The notes: generated from the letters alone by a model not told the origin. DNA of 50,014 bases from Candidatus Pacearchaeota archaeon (GCA_016866935.1 VGKS01000001.1:1-50014); one strand, 5' to 3'. Shown: positions 8,551 to 18,055, counted from the stretch's first letter. Translations and numbers: made by a program.

Positions 8551-11240
8551 TAGTACAATACATTTTTATCTTGAAGTGGCAAAATAACACAAGACAAATG
8601 CTCTTCGGTTGACTGCCCTATATTTATCTCCCCATTTAAATATTTCTCAATGCTTATATTAAAGTTTAAATTTTGAGGCTGCCCTCTTAGAGTAACTTCG
8701 CTATCTTCAAGAGTCAAGTACATTTTATTAAAAGGTACAAATGTTGCATCATTTATTGTGAGGCCATCTGATTTTATAATAGCATTAACTGAATCCATTC
8801 TAATTTTTAGAGGAGTATTGCAGCTTTCTTCAGGCGTTTGAGGAGCTATATAAAAAGTAGGATTGATTAAATCTATTTTTCTAAAGATTATTCTTTTATT
8901 TCCACTTATCATAGCAGTAATAGAATCTAAATAAGATACATCCAAGTCCGCTCTTTCGGCTTCAAAAACCTTATTTTGTGTATTATTTACAATTAAATTT
9001 TCTATAACTACTTTTCCTGTAAATATATTAAACTTTACATCATCTATGGAAAAGTCAGCGTTAGTTCTTTCCTTTATTATTTTAGAAATATTATTTACGT
9101 CTGTAAATGAATTGACTGCTACATAGAATAGTAAAATAATCAACAATAAAATACAGATTATGGTTATCTTAAAACCGATATTTCTCAGTCTACTCAATAT
9201 TTTATTTATCTTGAATTCAAGTCTAGGCAATCTATTCTTCCTTTGAACAAATAAAAACAAAGACACTCCAATAATTAAAACCAAAGGAGACAAAATTAAA
9301 CCTAAATAAAATTGTTTTGCTACATACTTTAATTCTATCGAATTATCTCCTTCTGGCGCTTCAAATACTATTCTTCCAAATTCATCCGAATAGATTTCTT
9401 TTTTCTCATGATTAACTTTTAGCACATAATTATCTTTATGCAATAGGTTGATAGTTACATTTTTAGGCTCAGAAAATACGGTGTTAAATTTCAGGCCATT
9501 AGAAAGTCTTAAGTATTCTATTTTTATTTCACCTGAAAATACATAACTTTTATATTTGTTTTCAAAGATAATAAAATGTTCATCTGAATAAACCTCATTT
9601 AAGCCAGCCAGTTCTTCATGATAAACAAGGCTATCGCGCGGAACTAATACCCACCTTACCCCATACTCTCCAAGACCTGACAGATTAATAGTTACCTCTG
9701 ATAGGCCATATTTTGACACAGGTATTCTTTCATAAGTTAAAGTATCTTGAAATGGTTCGTAAGCAAAAACAGAGTCTATCCCAAAATAAGTTGGAAAATT
9801 ATGTGTAAGTGGCCCAAAATATTTCATTTCATTAGAAGCATTTGAATATTTCACGTTAGTAGGGTTATAGGTGCTGTTGGTAAACACTCCGATAAGTCTT
9901 CCCTCCTTATTTTGCAAAGATTCGTACTTATCCAGGTTTAGAGGAAGACTTTCCTCAAACCTTGGCCCTGACAGATTAACTGCTATAAATACATGATAAA
10001 CTATAAGAATAAGAAACAATAAAGAAAAGAGAATAAAGATCTTATTTCGATAACTAATATTCAAGTTTTCATATGCTTTGTCAAGAACTATTGCTCCGAA
10101 TAGGGCCATGAATATATTTGTGAAAAGAGTTATTTTCAAAGGATAACTAAAGTTACTTAGGATAGGTAAAAACGCTCCAAAAGTATAGATTATCCCATAG
10201 TAGCCCATGCTTAGCAATATAGCTAGTATTGCAAGGAAAAATAAAGGATGGATTTTCTTTAAAGACCTCTTTCTATATTTGTATAATCCATATAATCCCC
10301 CTAAAAAGAAGAATATTGAAAATAAGCCTCCTGCGTAATATATTGCTATAACATCTGGTCCGGAATAAAACAAAGGATTATTAGACTTAACAAGTGGAAA
10401 AGGAAGAATAGATCCTTTTACTATATCTATAGGAGAACTCGGAGGGCTTATAATATAATTAATTAAATTTAAGTTGCCGCGCGGAGATTCTGAGGCAATA
10501 TGCAATTGTGAAAGAATAAGAGGTAAAGCCACATATACTGTAATCAGCATAGATAATCCGTACCTACTAAGAATAGAAGCATAATTTTTAAATTCATTTT
10601 TATGCATTAATAACACCAGATAGAGAAACTCGAAAATAACTGAATATACAAAATACTGGGCATTTCCGGAATAAAAATAAAGCCCTCTTATCATCCCTGA
10701 ACTAATGAAAATCTTTTTTGAGGAATCTTTTATCAAAGATTCAGCGAAATGAAGAAGAAGCGGAAGAAAAACAAGCGTAGGAATCAAATAAAACCAGCTT
10801 GAGGAATAAATTAAGATATATCCTGAATATACTACAGCAACACTTGCAAGCATTGAAATGAATTTTCTTTTTACTTTGTTATTAAGAAAAATGTAGATAA
10901 CAAGAAAGCCAATTATGAGGTGAATGAAAACAAATATTTCCATAAATAAGAAAACGTTTCCAAAAACATAATTTGAAAAAATATAAGCCAAGATACTTAT
11001 TGGATAGAAGAAAGGGTATGTCCCAACCTCCAACATCGGGGAACCTAACGATTGATGCATATTTAATACCGGAAGATCAAAATTGAACAGTTGGTCAAAA
11101 CCTTCAAGCAAAACAGGAAGAAACTGCTCTATATTGTCTCCTTGAGTAAAGTTATATGGATGCAACGATTCAATATAAAAGAATATTGCTATGACAATTA
11201 ATATCCCTAAAATGGGGTAGAAAATATCTTGTTTTTTCAT
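8547..11240 (-). CDS. Large polytopic membrane protein, YfhO/GT-C-like (tentative)
   Basis: 897 aa. The N-terminal half has many hydrophobic helices (QGDNIEQFLPVLLEGF.. loop after TM1). This is followed by a soluble middle domain, two further TM segments and a C-terminal domain of about 190 aa. The family call rests on layout only. Confidence 0.45.
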   Translation of the reverse strand: MKKQDIFYPILGILIVIAIFFYIESLHPYNFTQGDNIEQFLPVLLEGFDQLFNFDLPVLNMHQSLGSPMLEVGTYPFFYPISILAYIFSNYVFGNVFLFMEIFVFIHLIIGFLVIYIFLNNKVKRKFISMLASVAVVYSGYILIYSSSWFYLIPTLVFLPLLLHFAESLIKDSSKKIFISSGMIRGLYFYSGNAQYFVYSVIFEFLYLVLLMHKNEFKNYASILSRYGLSMLITVYVALPLILSQLHIASESPRGNLNLINYIISPPSSPIDIVKGSILPFPLVKSNNPLFYSGPDVIAIYYAGGLFSIFFFLGGLYGLYKYRKRSLKKIHPLFFLAILAILLSMGYYGIIYTFGAFLPILSNFSYPLKITLFTNIFMALFGAIVLDKAYENLNISYRNKIFILFSLLFLILIVYHVFIAVNLSGPRFEESLPLNLDKYESLQNKEGRLIGVFTNSTYNPTNVKYSNASNEMKYFGPLTHNFPTYFGIDSVFAYEPFQDTLTYERIPVSKYGLSEVTINLSGLGEYGVRWVLVPRDSLVYHEELAGLNEVYSDEHFIIFENKYKSYVFSGEIKIEYLRLSNGLKFNTVFSEPKNVTINLLHKDNYVLKVNHEKKEIYSDEFGRIVFEAPEGDNSIELKYVAKQFYLGLILSPLVLIIGVSLFLFVQRKNRLPRLEFKINKILSRLRNIGFKITIICILLLIILLFYVAVNSFTDVNNISKIIKERTNADFSIDDVKFNIFTGKVVIENLIVNNTQNKVFEAERADLDVSYLDSITAMISGNKRIIFRKIDLINPTFYIAPQTPEESCNTPLKIRMDSVNAIIKSDGLTINDATFVPFNKMYLTLEDSEVTLRGQPQNLNFNISIEKYLNGEINIGQSTEEHLSCVILPLQDKNVLYY

Positions 11241-11284
11241 TAAAAATTAGATTTATAGCGGTTTAAAATCTCTTCTGTAAGAGG

Positions 11285-11923
11285 TTAGAGCTTTACCACT
11301 CCTGATTTTTCCCACTGTTCTACATATTGAGCGGCTGTCATTACTGCATCCAGTTTAAATCCAAGAGACTTAAGCCCTTCAATATACTTAGGGATGTCAG
11401 CAGGTCTTCCCCATCTTTCAGGACAAACAAGACAAGTCTTGAATTTAGAAAGGACAGAAATATCTTCTTTGGTTATAGGAAGTTTTGTATTTGTATCAAT
11501 CCAGACCCAGTTAAGCATTGGATTACCATTCTCATCCAACTGAGCACCCACATACTCTATTGGCTCTGCTTCGCTAAATCTTATTGAAACTCTTCTCATT
11601 CCTTCTTTTCTTGTTGCTCTATATATATAAGGGAATTCAGCGTCTTGAAAGAACCAATCCTTGACATTATATTTATGCATTAAATCAATAATCCTTTTTT
11701 CATAACCCATTTCCTTGATGTTAAGCACCATCACTCCAGAATGCCTCCAATGCTTAAGATATTCTTCAAAATCGGTGTAAGTCGCCAGTTTAGAATCCTC
11801 AATAGGATCATGAGTCATCAGTAGCTTATCCCCATACCCTCTTAAGTCAAGCTCGACTCCATGGCTAGGATTGACTGTTTTCAAAGCTTCTATCGTGTTT
11901 ATACGATGCCTTATAATTCCCAT
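11285..11923 (-). CDS. Glycerophosphodiester phosphodiesterase-like (GDPD/PLC-like TIM barrel) protein
   Basis: N-terminal RHRINTIEAL..GVELDLR..LLMTHDP matches the HR..N..E-D-R..HD catalytic pattern of GDPD enzymes. Confidence 0.6.
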   Translation of the reverse strand: MGIIRHRINTIEALKTVNPSHGVELDLRGYGDKLLMTHDPIEDSKLATYTDFEEYLKHWRHSGVMVLNIKEMGYEKRIIDLMHKYNVKDWFFQDAEFPYIYRATRKEGMRRVSIRFSEAEPIEYVGAQLDENGNPMLNWVWIDTNTKLPITKEDISVLSKFKTCLVCPERWGRPADIPKYIEGLKSLGFKLDAVMTAAQYVEQWEKSGVVKL

Positions 11924-11943
11924 AAAATTGTATAAAATAACAC

Positions 11944-11951
11944 TTTATAAA
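11944..11951 (-). promoter_or_regulatory. TATA box of the GDPD-like gene
   Basis: TTTATAAA (palindromic), with its centre 24.5 nt upstream of start 11923. Confidence 0.5.
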
Positions 11952-12006
11952 TTAATCTAAGATCATTTTACTTAAAATGCCACACACTTTATAATTTGCC
12001 TAATAA

Positions 12007-12729
12007 TTAATTTAGTTTTTTCTTTAACTCGAAAGTAAACTTCATTGTTCTTTTTATGAATTTTATCCTTGCTTTCCATCCTGTATTCCAGGCGCTTTCT
12101 CCAAAAATCCTCTTTCCAAAGTAAACAGGGAATCTTTTTACCTCATATCCGTATTTCTTAGCAGTATAATATACGAATAAGTCAAACGCGAAATCTTTTG
12201 GAGGATTGGATAGATGCTTCATCAAAGATTTTGGGAAAATATTTGGCTGAGCGTTTATATCATACATAAAACTTCCCAGAACTACTGTTTCAAATATAGA
12301 CATACCTAAAGTATTGACTAATTTATCAGCTAAAGGCCTTCCATAACGTTTTCCCTTCAAAAATATTTTTTTATTTTTGGAAGACTTTATTATTTCTAGA
12401 GCCCTAAAAACATCTTCTGGAGGAGTCTGCATATCTGCATGGGTCCAGCCTACAAATTCTCCTTTAGCAGAAGCAAGGCCTTTCCACAGAGCTGCTCCGT
12501 AGCCAGGTTCAGGTTGGAACACTGACTTTGCAAAAGAATACTTTTTTTTCTTAAGAAGACTCTTGAGAACCTCTTTTGTTTCATCTTTTGAATTGTTATC
12601 TACGAGAATTAATTCAATATTTGGATTATTAAACTTAACAAAGGCATTACTAAATTTCTCTAAAACTATAGAAATATTCTTTGCTTCATTATAACAAGGC
12701 AAAACTATTGAGAGATATGGTTTTTTCAT
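12007..12729 (-). CDS. Glycosyltransferase family 2 (polyprenol-phosphate sugar synthase-like)
   Basis: YLSIVLPCYNEAKNI and LILVDNNSKDET motifs. The 240-aa soluble DPM1/GtrB-like size fits. There is a 1-nt start/stop overlap with the upstream gene. Confidence 0.8.
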   Translation of the reverse strand: MKKPYLSIVLPCYNEAKNISIVLEKFSNAFVKFNNPNIELILVDNNSKDETKEVLKSLLKKKKYSFAKSVFQPEPGYGAALWKGLASAKGEFVGWTHADMQTPPEDVFRALEIIKSSKNKKIFLKGKRYGRPLADKLVNTLGMSIFETVVLGSFMYDINAQPNIFPKSLMKHLSNPPKDFAFDLFVYYTAKKYGYEVKRFPVYFGKRIFGESAWNTGWKARIKFIKRTMKFTFELKKKLN

Positions 12730-13550
12730 TATTTTTTACCGAAATAAGAATGCCAGAAAGCATATTCTTTCTTTTCTTTAGCTTCTGGGTTTTTTTCTGG
12801 CAGAGCAATTGCTTTTTCCCAGTAAAGGTATTCTTCATAATCTGCAGGCACTCCCCATCCAATATATTTTTCTACCGGGAATGAAACCACTTTGTAGCCC
12901 ATTTCTATTGCCACTCCAATCATAGAATCTATATAATATTCTCCCTTTACTGTTACTCCCCTACGCATCAATTCTTCTGCAATCTTTAGAAATTCTTTTC
13001 CGCTTTTGAAACTGAATGAACCCGTAATAGCATAATCATCGTAAGGATTATTTGAAATTGGAACCTTGACTGAAACTCCTTTTATATTATGATCTTTGTC
13101 GATCTTAAGCCAACCCCAGGCCTGAGGGTTTCTAGTCAGGTTAGGCTGTTTAGTGAAGCTCCAGGAAATCATGTCAGGACTTTTAGATTTGATTAAATTT
13201 TGATACTTATGAAGATCATAAACCATTCCAAGGTCACAAGCTCCTACAAAAATAGGCTCATCATAGTCATAGAATTTTCTTGCAACAAGACACGAATTTA
13301 ATTGGCCTATGGGATTTGGGTCAACTATTATTTCCACATCTTTAGATACAGACTTAAGAGCGCTAATTACTTCTTTTTCCTCTAAATGTTCCTGCCTCAC
13401 TACAAAAACCCACTTGTCTGCCGGAGGCATTGATTTGACAGCCTGAATAATCATTGGCGCTCCAGAAACAGGGATAAGTGGCTTTGAAAGTTTGTAACCA
13501 GCATCGGTAAAACGTTTTCCACTTCCGGCCATTAATACCACGTTTATCAT
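12729..13550 (-). CDS. Sugar-phosphate (or alditol/ketose-phosphate) nucleotidyltransferase, GT-A fold
   Basis: N-terminal VVLMAGSGKRF..KPLIPVSG signature of the NTP_transferase family. The substrate cannot be read from the sequence. Confidence 0.7.
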   Translation of the reverse strand: MINVVLMAGSGKRFTDAGYKLSKPLIPVSGAPMIIQAVKSMPPADKWVFVVRQEHLEEKEVISALKSVSKDVEIIVDPNPIGQLNSCLVARKFYDYDEPIFVGACDLGMVYDLHKYQNLIKSKSPDMISWSFTKQPNLTRNPQAWGWLKIDKDHNIKGVSVKVPISNNPYDDYAITGSFSFKSGKEFLKIAEELMRRGVTVKGEYYIDSMIGVAIEMGYKVVSFPVEKYIGWGVPADYEEYLYWEKAIALPEKNPEAKEKKEYAFWHSYFGKK

Positions 13551-14248
13551 TTTTTACCCTGACCGTAATAGGCCCCTTTACCATGCTTACGATTGTAGTG
13601 TCTTTCAAGAAGTGGTTTTGGGATGCTACATGGCATGCCCCCAAGCATATTTTTCATGCTAATTGCCATTTTAGATACTTCTTCAAGAGCAATAGCATTC
13701 TCCACTGCATCATCAACACTTTTTCCCCATACAAAAGGACCGTGATATGCAACCAGGCAAGCTGGAACCTCGAGGTGATTGACTGACCCAAACGCTTCCG
13801 CTATCGCTTTGCCCGTGTTTAATTCGTAATCTAAATTAATTTCAGCGGTGGAAAGGTCTCTTGAAACAGGCACTGTTCCATTAAAATGATCTGCATGGGT
13901 TGTCCCATAGCAATGTAGAGGCATTTTAGCTTGACAGAAAGAAGTAGCGAAAGGAGAATGAGTATGGACTATTCCCTTTATGCCTTTCAAATTCTGGTAG
14001 AGATAAAGATGGGTAGGGGTATCTGAACTTGGCTTATGTTTTCCTTCTATTACAGAACCATCTTCCACATTCACTACAACCATATCATCAGGAGTTAAAG
14101 AATCATAATGGACTCCGCTTGGCTTAATTGCAAAGTATTTTCCATCATCACTTAACCCGCTTACATTTCCAAATGAAAGCTTAACTAAACCTTCCTTAAC
14201 AATTCTTTTGTTAGCTTCTGCAACTCTTGCCTTTAGATCTTCAAACAT
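13547..14248 (-). CDS. araD: L-ribulose-5-phosphate 4-epimerase (class II aldolase fold)
   Basis: Near-collinear with enterobacterial AraD/SgbE/UlaF as I recall them: FEDLK..V.EAN, GNVS, IKPSGV, KPSSDTPTH, GIVHTHS, GTTHADHF.GT.P, HGPFVWGK, NAIALEEV and RKHGKGAYYGQ. Confidence 0.85.
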   Translation of the reverse strand: MFEDLKARVAEANKRIVKEGLVKLSFGNVSGLSDDGKYFAIKPSGVHYDSLTPDDMVVVNVEDGSVIEGKHKPSSDTPTHLYLYQNLKGIKGIVHTHSPFATSFCQAKMPLHCYGTTHADHFNGTVPVSRDLSTAEINLDYELNTGKAIAEAFGSVNHLEVPACLVAYHGPFVWGKSVDDAVENAIALEEVSKMAISMKNMLGGMPCSIPKPLLERHYNRKHGKGAYYGQGKK

Positions 14249-14864
14249 TTTCGAAAGTGAACTTTTTAATTATCTGAGGTTTATTTTCCTCCTTATATAA
14301 AACTATAGAATCAAATACAAATTGACCAGCTAGATTTTGACCAAGTATAGTTTTATGAACAAGGTCAAAAACCTTTTGATCTATGGAAGCCAAACTTAAA
14401 TGAGGTATCCAGTTTTCCCCTACAAAAGGAAATCCATATTTGATAATATTATCTTTCTCTATTTGCCCTGATTTCTTAAAGACATCTGACTCGGAAGAGA
14501 AAAACTTCATTTTATCAGAGATATTAAGGGAATCTAAAAATTCAACCTGCAAGTTCTTAAGATTTTTTGTTGCAAATGATGAAAAATTGTAAGTTATAGT
14601 ATTTCCACCTGTCTGGATATCATTATAGAAGACATGCATTCCTTTTATCTCTGAATTTATCTTTTTTGTTTTTGAAACAAAAGAGCTTATTTTTTCTAAA
14701 ATAATCTTTTCACCATAATCATCCAAATTTAGAAGTACAAGCGTGGTATGGGGGGAATGAGACAGAAACTTTTGGTCTCCAACTAGATTAAAAACAGTTT
14801 CTTTATGATCCATTATTTTTTCATAAACTTTTCTTTCAGGTTCAAGTGCTATGAAATATTTCAT
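14241..14864 (-). CDS. 2H phosphoesterase superfamily protein (LigT/cyclic phosphodiesterase-like)
   Basis: Two H-x-T/S-x motifs at the expected spacing: SPHTTLVL and IPHLSLAS. Confidence 0.6.
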   Translation of the reverse strand: MKYFIALEPERKVYEKIMDHKETVFNLVGDQKFLSHSPHTTLVLLNLDDYGEKIILEKISSFVSKTKKINSEIKGMHVFYNDIQTGGNTITYNFSSFATKNLKNLQVEFLDSLNISDKMKFFSSESDVFKKSGQIEKDNIIKYGFPFVGENWIPHLSLASIDQKVFDLVHKTILGQNLAGQFVFDSIVLYKEENKPQIIKKFTFENV

Positions 14865-17362
14865 TATAATTTAGAGAACATCCTTTCAATTTGATCCCTA
14901 TTTAACTCCAGAAAAAACCTTCCATCTTTAGAAATTACTCCTTTTATCTCATCCAAGTGGTCTATTTTAATTTTATGCCAGTCCTTAACTGGAATATTTG
15001 AATAAGTTCCAACAAGAGACCTAAGGAAAACATTATGAGTACAAACAAGGATTTTTTTGTGGGAGTATCTTCTAAGGTCTTTAACGAATGAAAACATCCT
15101 TTTTTGAACATCTGCATTATTTTCACCTGAAGGAAATGCGGTATCTTCCCCTAGATCCCATGAATCTACTATTCCAGGGTAGTTTTTTTGGAGAAAAGAA
15201 AAGTCCTTACCATCTACTAAACCGTAGTCTACCTCTATAAGGCGTTTATCTTTTTTAGCTTTTTTTGCTTTGGAATGCTCCAAGGTTTCTAGACACCTTT
15301 TTAATGGTGATGAAAATACCAGATCAAAATCGCTAAAATCAAGTTTCTTCTTTAAGTTCTTTATTCCAATGTCAGTTTTTTGACCGAGGAATAATCCTTC
15401 TTTATTCATTTCTGTAGGTGCATGCCTTATGAAAGAGATTTGTTTTCCTGAATAAAAGTAATCTTTAAACTGGCTCTCAAAATCCTTCAAAAATTTCTCT
15501 AAAGAAGATTCTATGCTTTTCTCAAAACCAAAGTTTCTCTTGAGCTTATCAGAATACATTTTTTCGATTAAAGATCTGTGCCAGATTGCGTTTTTCTTAA
15601 ATATTTTGAAATAATTGTCAAGCATTTTATCGAAATCAGGCTTACTGTTTCTTCTATTATATAATTTCAGGAAGTTTAAGATCAAAAACTTGCATATATG
15701 GTAAGAGAATTCTATTTTATGCCGAGAATCCATCTCTTTGAAATTCTTTTCTTCTACCACATTACCTTTTTTATCAAATGCGTATGACCTATAAGAGATA
15801 TTACCACTCTTTAAGTCTTTTAGGTAATCTGAAACGCTTCTTCTTGAATTAAAGAAAAAACTAGGCTGCAATAACTTAACTGAATAGATTCTTTCGATAG
15901 GTTTCTTTGAATATTTCCTGGATCTTTGCCAATCAAAACATGTAAATGGGCTATCCAAACAATGAAGTCTATGCGATTCTATATCGTAAAACATAAGGTG
16001 GAAAACTATACACCTATCATTGAATTTTAATGGTCCAAGAGTGTTATTTATGAGAAATTTTATACCATATTTAGATTCAAGACATTTTGATAAATCTTTA
16101 AAGTCATTTAAAACCTTTAGAAAGTTATCTTTTGAAAGTTTATCAAATATGATTACTGTATCTATATCACTAGCTCCTTCTAAATCATAAGTTTCTGCAA
16201 ATGTTCCTACTAAGTTTCCAGATACCAAAAACTTATTAGACCTAACAATCTTGTTTATTTCATCCACTATATCCTTCCTAATTGTTTCAGATAAGGATGA
16301 ATACCTTGCGCTAGTCTTTAATTCCATAAAAGATTTAATAGGATCATCTGAATTTATCAAGCTAGAGGCTGAAACTATATACCTAGCATTTATCTTTTGG
16401 ATGTTTGTTGGCTTTACCCCTCCATCAAAAATAACTTTTATTCCATTCAGATTAAGAGAGTTTACTTTTTCTAATAGACTCAATGAATCTATGGTGAAAT
16501 TTTGACCTGATTTACCCACTTCTTCGATACCCATTACTTGAATGTAGTCTATTTTTTTGAGATATTTCTTGAGTTTATCTAAATCTGATTTTATTGTAAT
16601 GACAATACCGACTTTTTTATTGAAACTTTTGCATAAATCTATTACTTCATCCAAAACTTCATTAACTTCTAAATGAACCGTTATTACATCAACATACTTA
16701 TGAAGTTTCTTAATCCAGATAGAGGGTGTCTTTGACATAATATGCAACTGCTTTTCAAGAAACCAAACACTGCTTATCTTTTTTATTAGAGGTAAATCTA
16801 TCTCTTCAGCCTCTTCACTCATTGATTTATCTACAAAGTCTATATGGATAAAATCAGAATAATATTTTATTTTTGAATAAACATCTTCTATTGACTCGTC
16901 TTTCTTAAGGTAAACTGCGACACCTACTTTCTTCACGAAATCTGTGAAAGTTATTTTTCTATGCGCAAAATAGCTCAGTAGAAATACTACTCCTGCAGTG
17001 AAAAGCCTGGAAGGGCCATAATTTGAGTTTATTCCTCCAAAAAGAACAGACATTATTAGTAGATTAAGAAGAAAAGCTACGACTGCTATTGATAAGAAAA
17101 TACTAAAAGTTTTTGCATTCCTTCCTTTTGGAACTCTAAAATTAAGCCTGGAATTGAGAAGGAAACTTATGAAAACTCCTGAAATGAAGCCAAGAGGGAT
17201 GCTAATAAGTGAAGGCGATTCTAGAATATTAAGATAATGAACAATTAGGATTTCTAAACCAACCGAGAAAAGGCCTATTATTATGTAATTAATAAGATAT
17301 CTGAACCTATATAGTAAAAACTTAGTTTCCCTTCTAAGACTCTGAGATTTTAAGATTGCCAT
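14864..17362 (-). CDS. Four-domain fusion: GtrA-like membrane domain, ribulose-phosphate-3-epimerase-like TIM barrel, Pol-beta-type nucleotidyltransferase, and histidine phosphatase
   Basis: aa 14-139: 4 TM helices ending in AHRKITF (GtrA-like). aa 146-348: IHIDFVD, LHIMS, ITVHLE, IQVMGIEEVGKSGQNF and IFDGGV (RPE pattern). aa 365-480: GNLVGTF..GASDIDTVIIFD (minimal nucleotidyltransferase). aa 641-825: FIRHAPTEMN, FSSPLKRC, PSGENNADV and LVCTHNVFLRSL (histidine phosphatase/PGAM family). Confidence 0.65.
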   Translation of the reverse strand: MAILKSQSLRRETKFLLYRFRYLINYIIIGLFSVGLEILIVHYLNILESPSLISIPLGFISGVFISFLLNSRLNFRVPKGRNAKTFSIFLSIAVVAFLLNLLIMSVLFGGINSNYGPSRLFTAGVVFLLSYFAHRKITFTDFVKKVGVAVYLKKDESIEDVYSKIKYYSDFIHIDFVDKSMSEEAEEIDLPLIKKISSVWFLEKQLHIMSKTPSIWIKKLHKYVDVITVHLEVNEVLDEVIDLCKSFNKKVGIVITIKSDLDKLKKYLKKIDYIQVMGIEEVGKSGQNFTIDSLSLLEKVNSLNLNGIKVIFDGGVKPTNIQKINARYIVSASSLINSDDPIKSFMELKTSARYSSLSETIRKDIVDEINKIVRSNKFLVSGNLVGTFAETYDLEGASDIDTVIIFDKLSKDNFLKVLNDFKDLSKCLESKYGIKFLINNTLGPLKFNDRCIVFHLMFYDIESHRLHCLDSPFTCFDWQRSRKYSKKPIERIYSVKLLQPSFFFNSRRSVSDYLKDLKSGNISYRSYAFDKKGNVVEEKNFKEMDSRHKIEFSYHICKFLILNFLKLYNRRNSKPDFDKMLDNYFKIFKKNAIWHRSLIEKMYSDKLKRNFGFEKSIESSLEKFLKDFESQFKDYFYSGKQISFIRHAPTEMNKEGLFLGQKTDIGIKNLKKKLDFSDFDLVFSSPLKRCLETLEHSKAKKAKKDKRLIEVDYGLVDGKDFSFLQKNYPGIVDSWDLGEDTAFPSGENNADVQKRMFSFVKDLRRYSHKKILVCTHNVFLRSLVGTYSNIPVKDWHKIKIDHLDEIKGVISKDGRFFLELNRDQIERMFSKL

Positions 17363-18034
17363 TTATATTATCAAAAATATTGCTCCGCCTATGCCATATC
17401 TTCCAAGTTCTTCTACTACGAGCTTATTTCTTTTACAGAACTCTTTAAATGCTTTTCTCACTCCTCTTTCTACCCCTCCTAAATAATTGAAATAATCGTC
17501 TAAAATCAGTATAGTTCCCTTTTGGACCACTTTATCTATAAACTTGAAAGCTTGGCTCGCAGAAGAATGCAAATCGCAATCCATCATAATCATTGCGGCT
17601 TTCTTAATCCCGTATTTTGAAGGGCCTTCTTTAAGAGTGTGATTGAAAAAGCCAGGGACCAGTTTTACTTCAGGAAAATTCCTAAACCTTTTCTTGATTT
17701 GGTGAAAATCTGTTGAAAAGTCAAAGTTTGTATAAAATGGGTGCTCATCTCCTTTTTCAGGGCTCATTCCTTTGAAAGAGTCAAAACCGAAAAACCTCAT
17801 ATTTTTTCCACCCCCTATTTTTCTCCAGTAGGTAGCTGCTCCCTTTATGCTGGTTCCTTCATACACTCCAAATTCCAAGTAATCTCCTTCCACCCCTTCT
17901 ATCTTTTTGTAAAATAGGAACTTCTTTAGAGATTCATGCTTCTCATTATTATGGATTATTTCAGGACCAACCAAATTACTTATTTTGATATAGATGTCTT
18001 GCGCAAAAAGAAATAACTTATGTAAAGATTTCAT
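17363..18034 (-). CDS. TylF/MycF-like SAM-dependent O-methyltransferase
   Basis: GDYLEFGVYEGTS and MMDCDLHSS..GTILILDDY motifs of the macrocin-O-methyltransferase family. Confidence 0.7.
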   Translation of the reverse strand: MKSLHKLFLFAQDIYIKISNLVGPEIIHNNEKHESLKKFLFYKKIEGVEGDYLEFGVYEGTSIKGAATYWRKIGGGKNMRFFGFDSFKGMSPEKGDEHPFYTNFDFSTDFHQIKKRFRNFPEVKLVPGFFNHTLKEGPSKYGIKKAAMIMMDCDLHSSASQAFKFIDKVVQKGTILILDDYFNYLGGVERGVRKAFKEFCKRNKLVVEELGRYGIGGAIFLII

Positions 18035-18055
18035 AAAAAAACCCGCTATTTAGGG

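Noticed and set aside
11924-12006. The number 83 recurs three times: the 83-bp tRNA-Arg repeat unit, this 83-nt gap, and the 83-nt spacing of the AATTAGCCGAA copies at 49334 and 49417.
   Set aside because: There is no sequence similarity between these regions, so I treated it as numerical coincidence.
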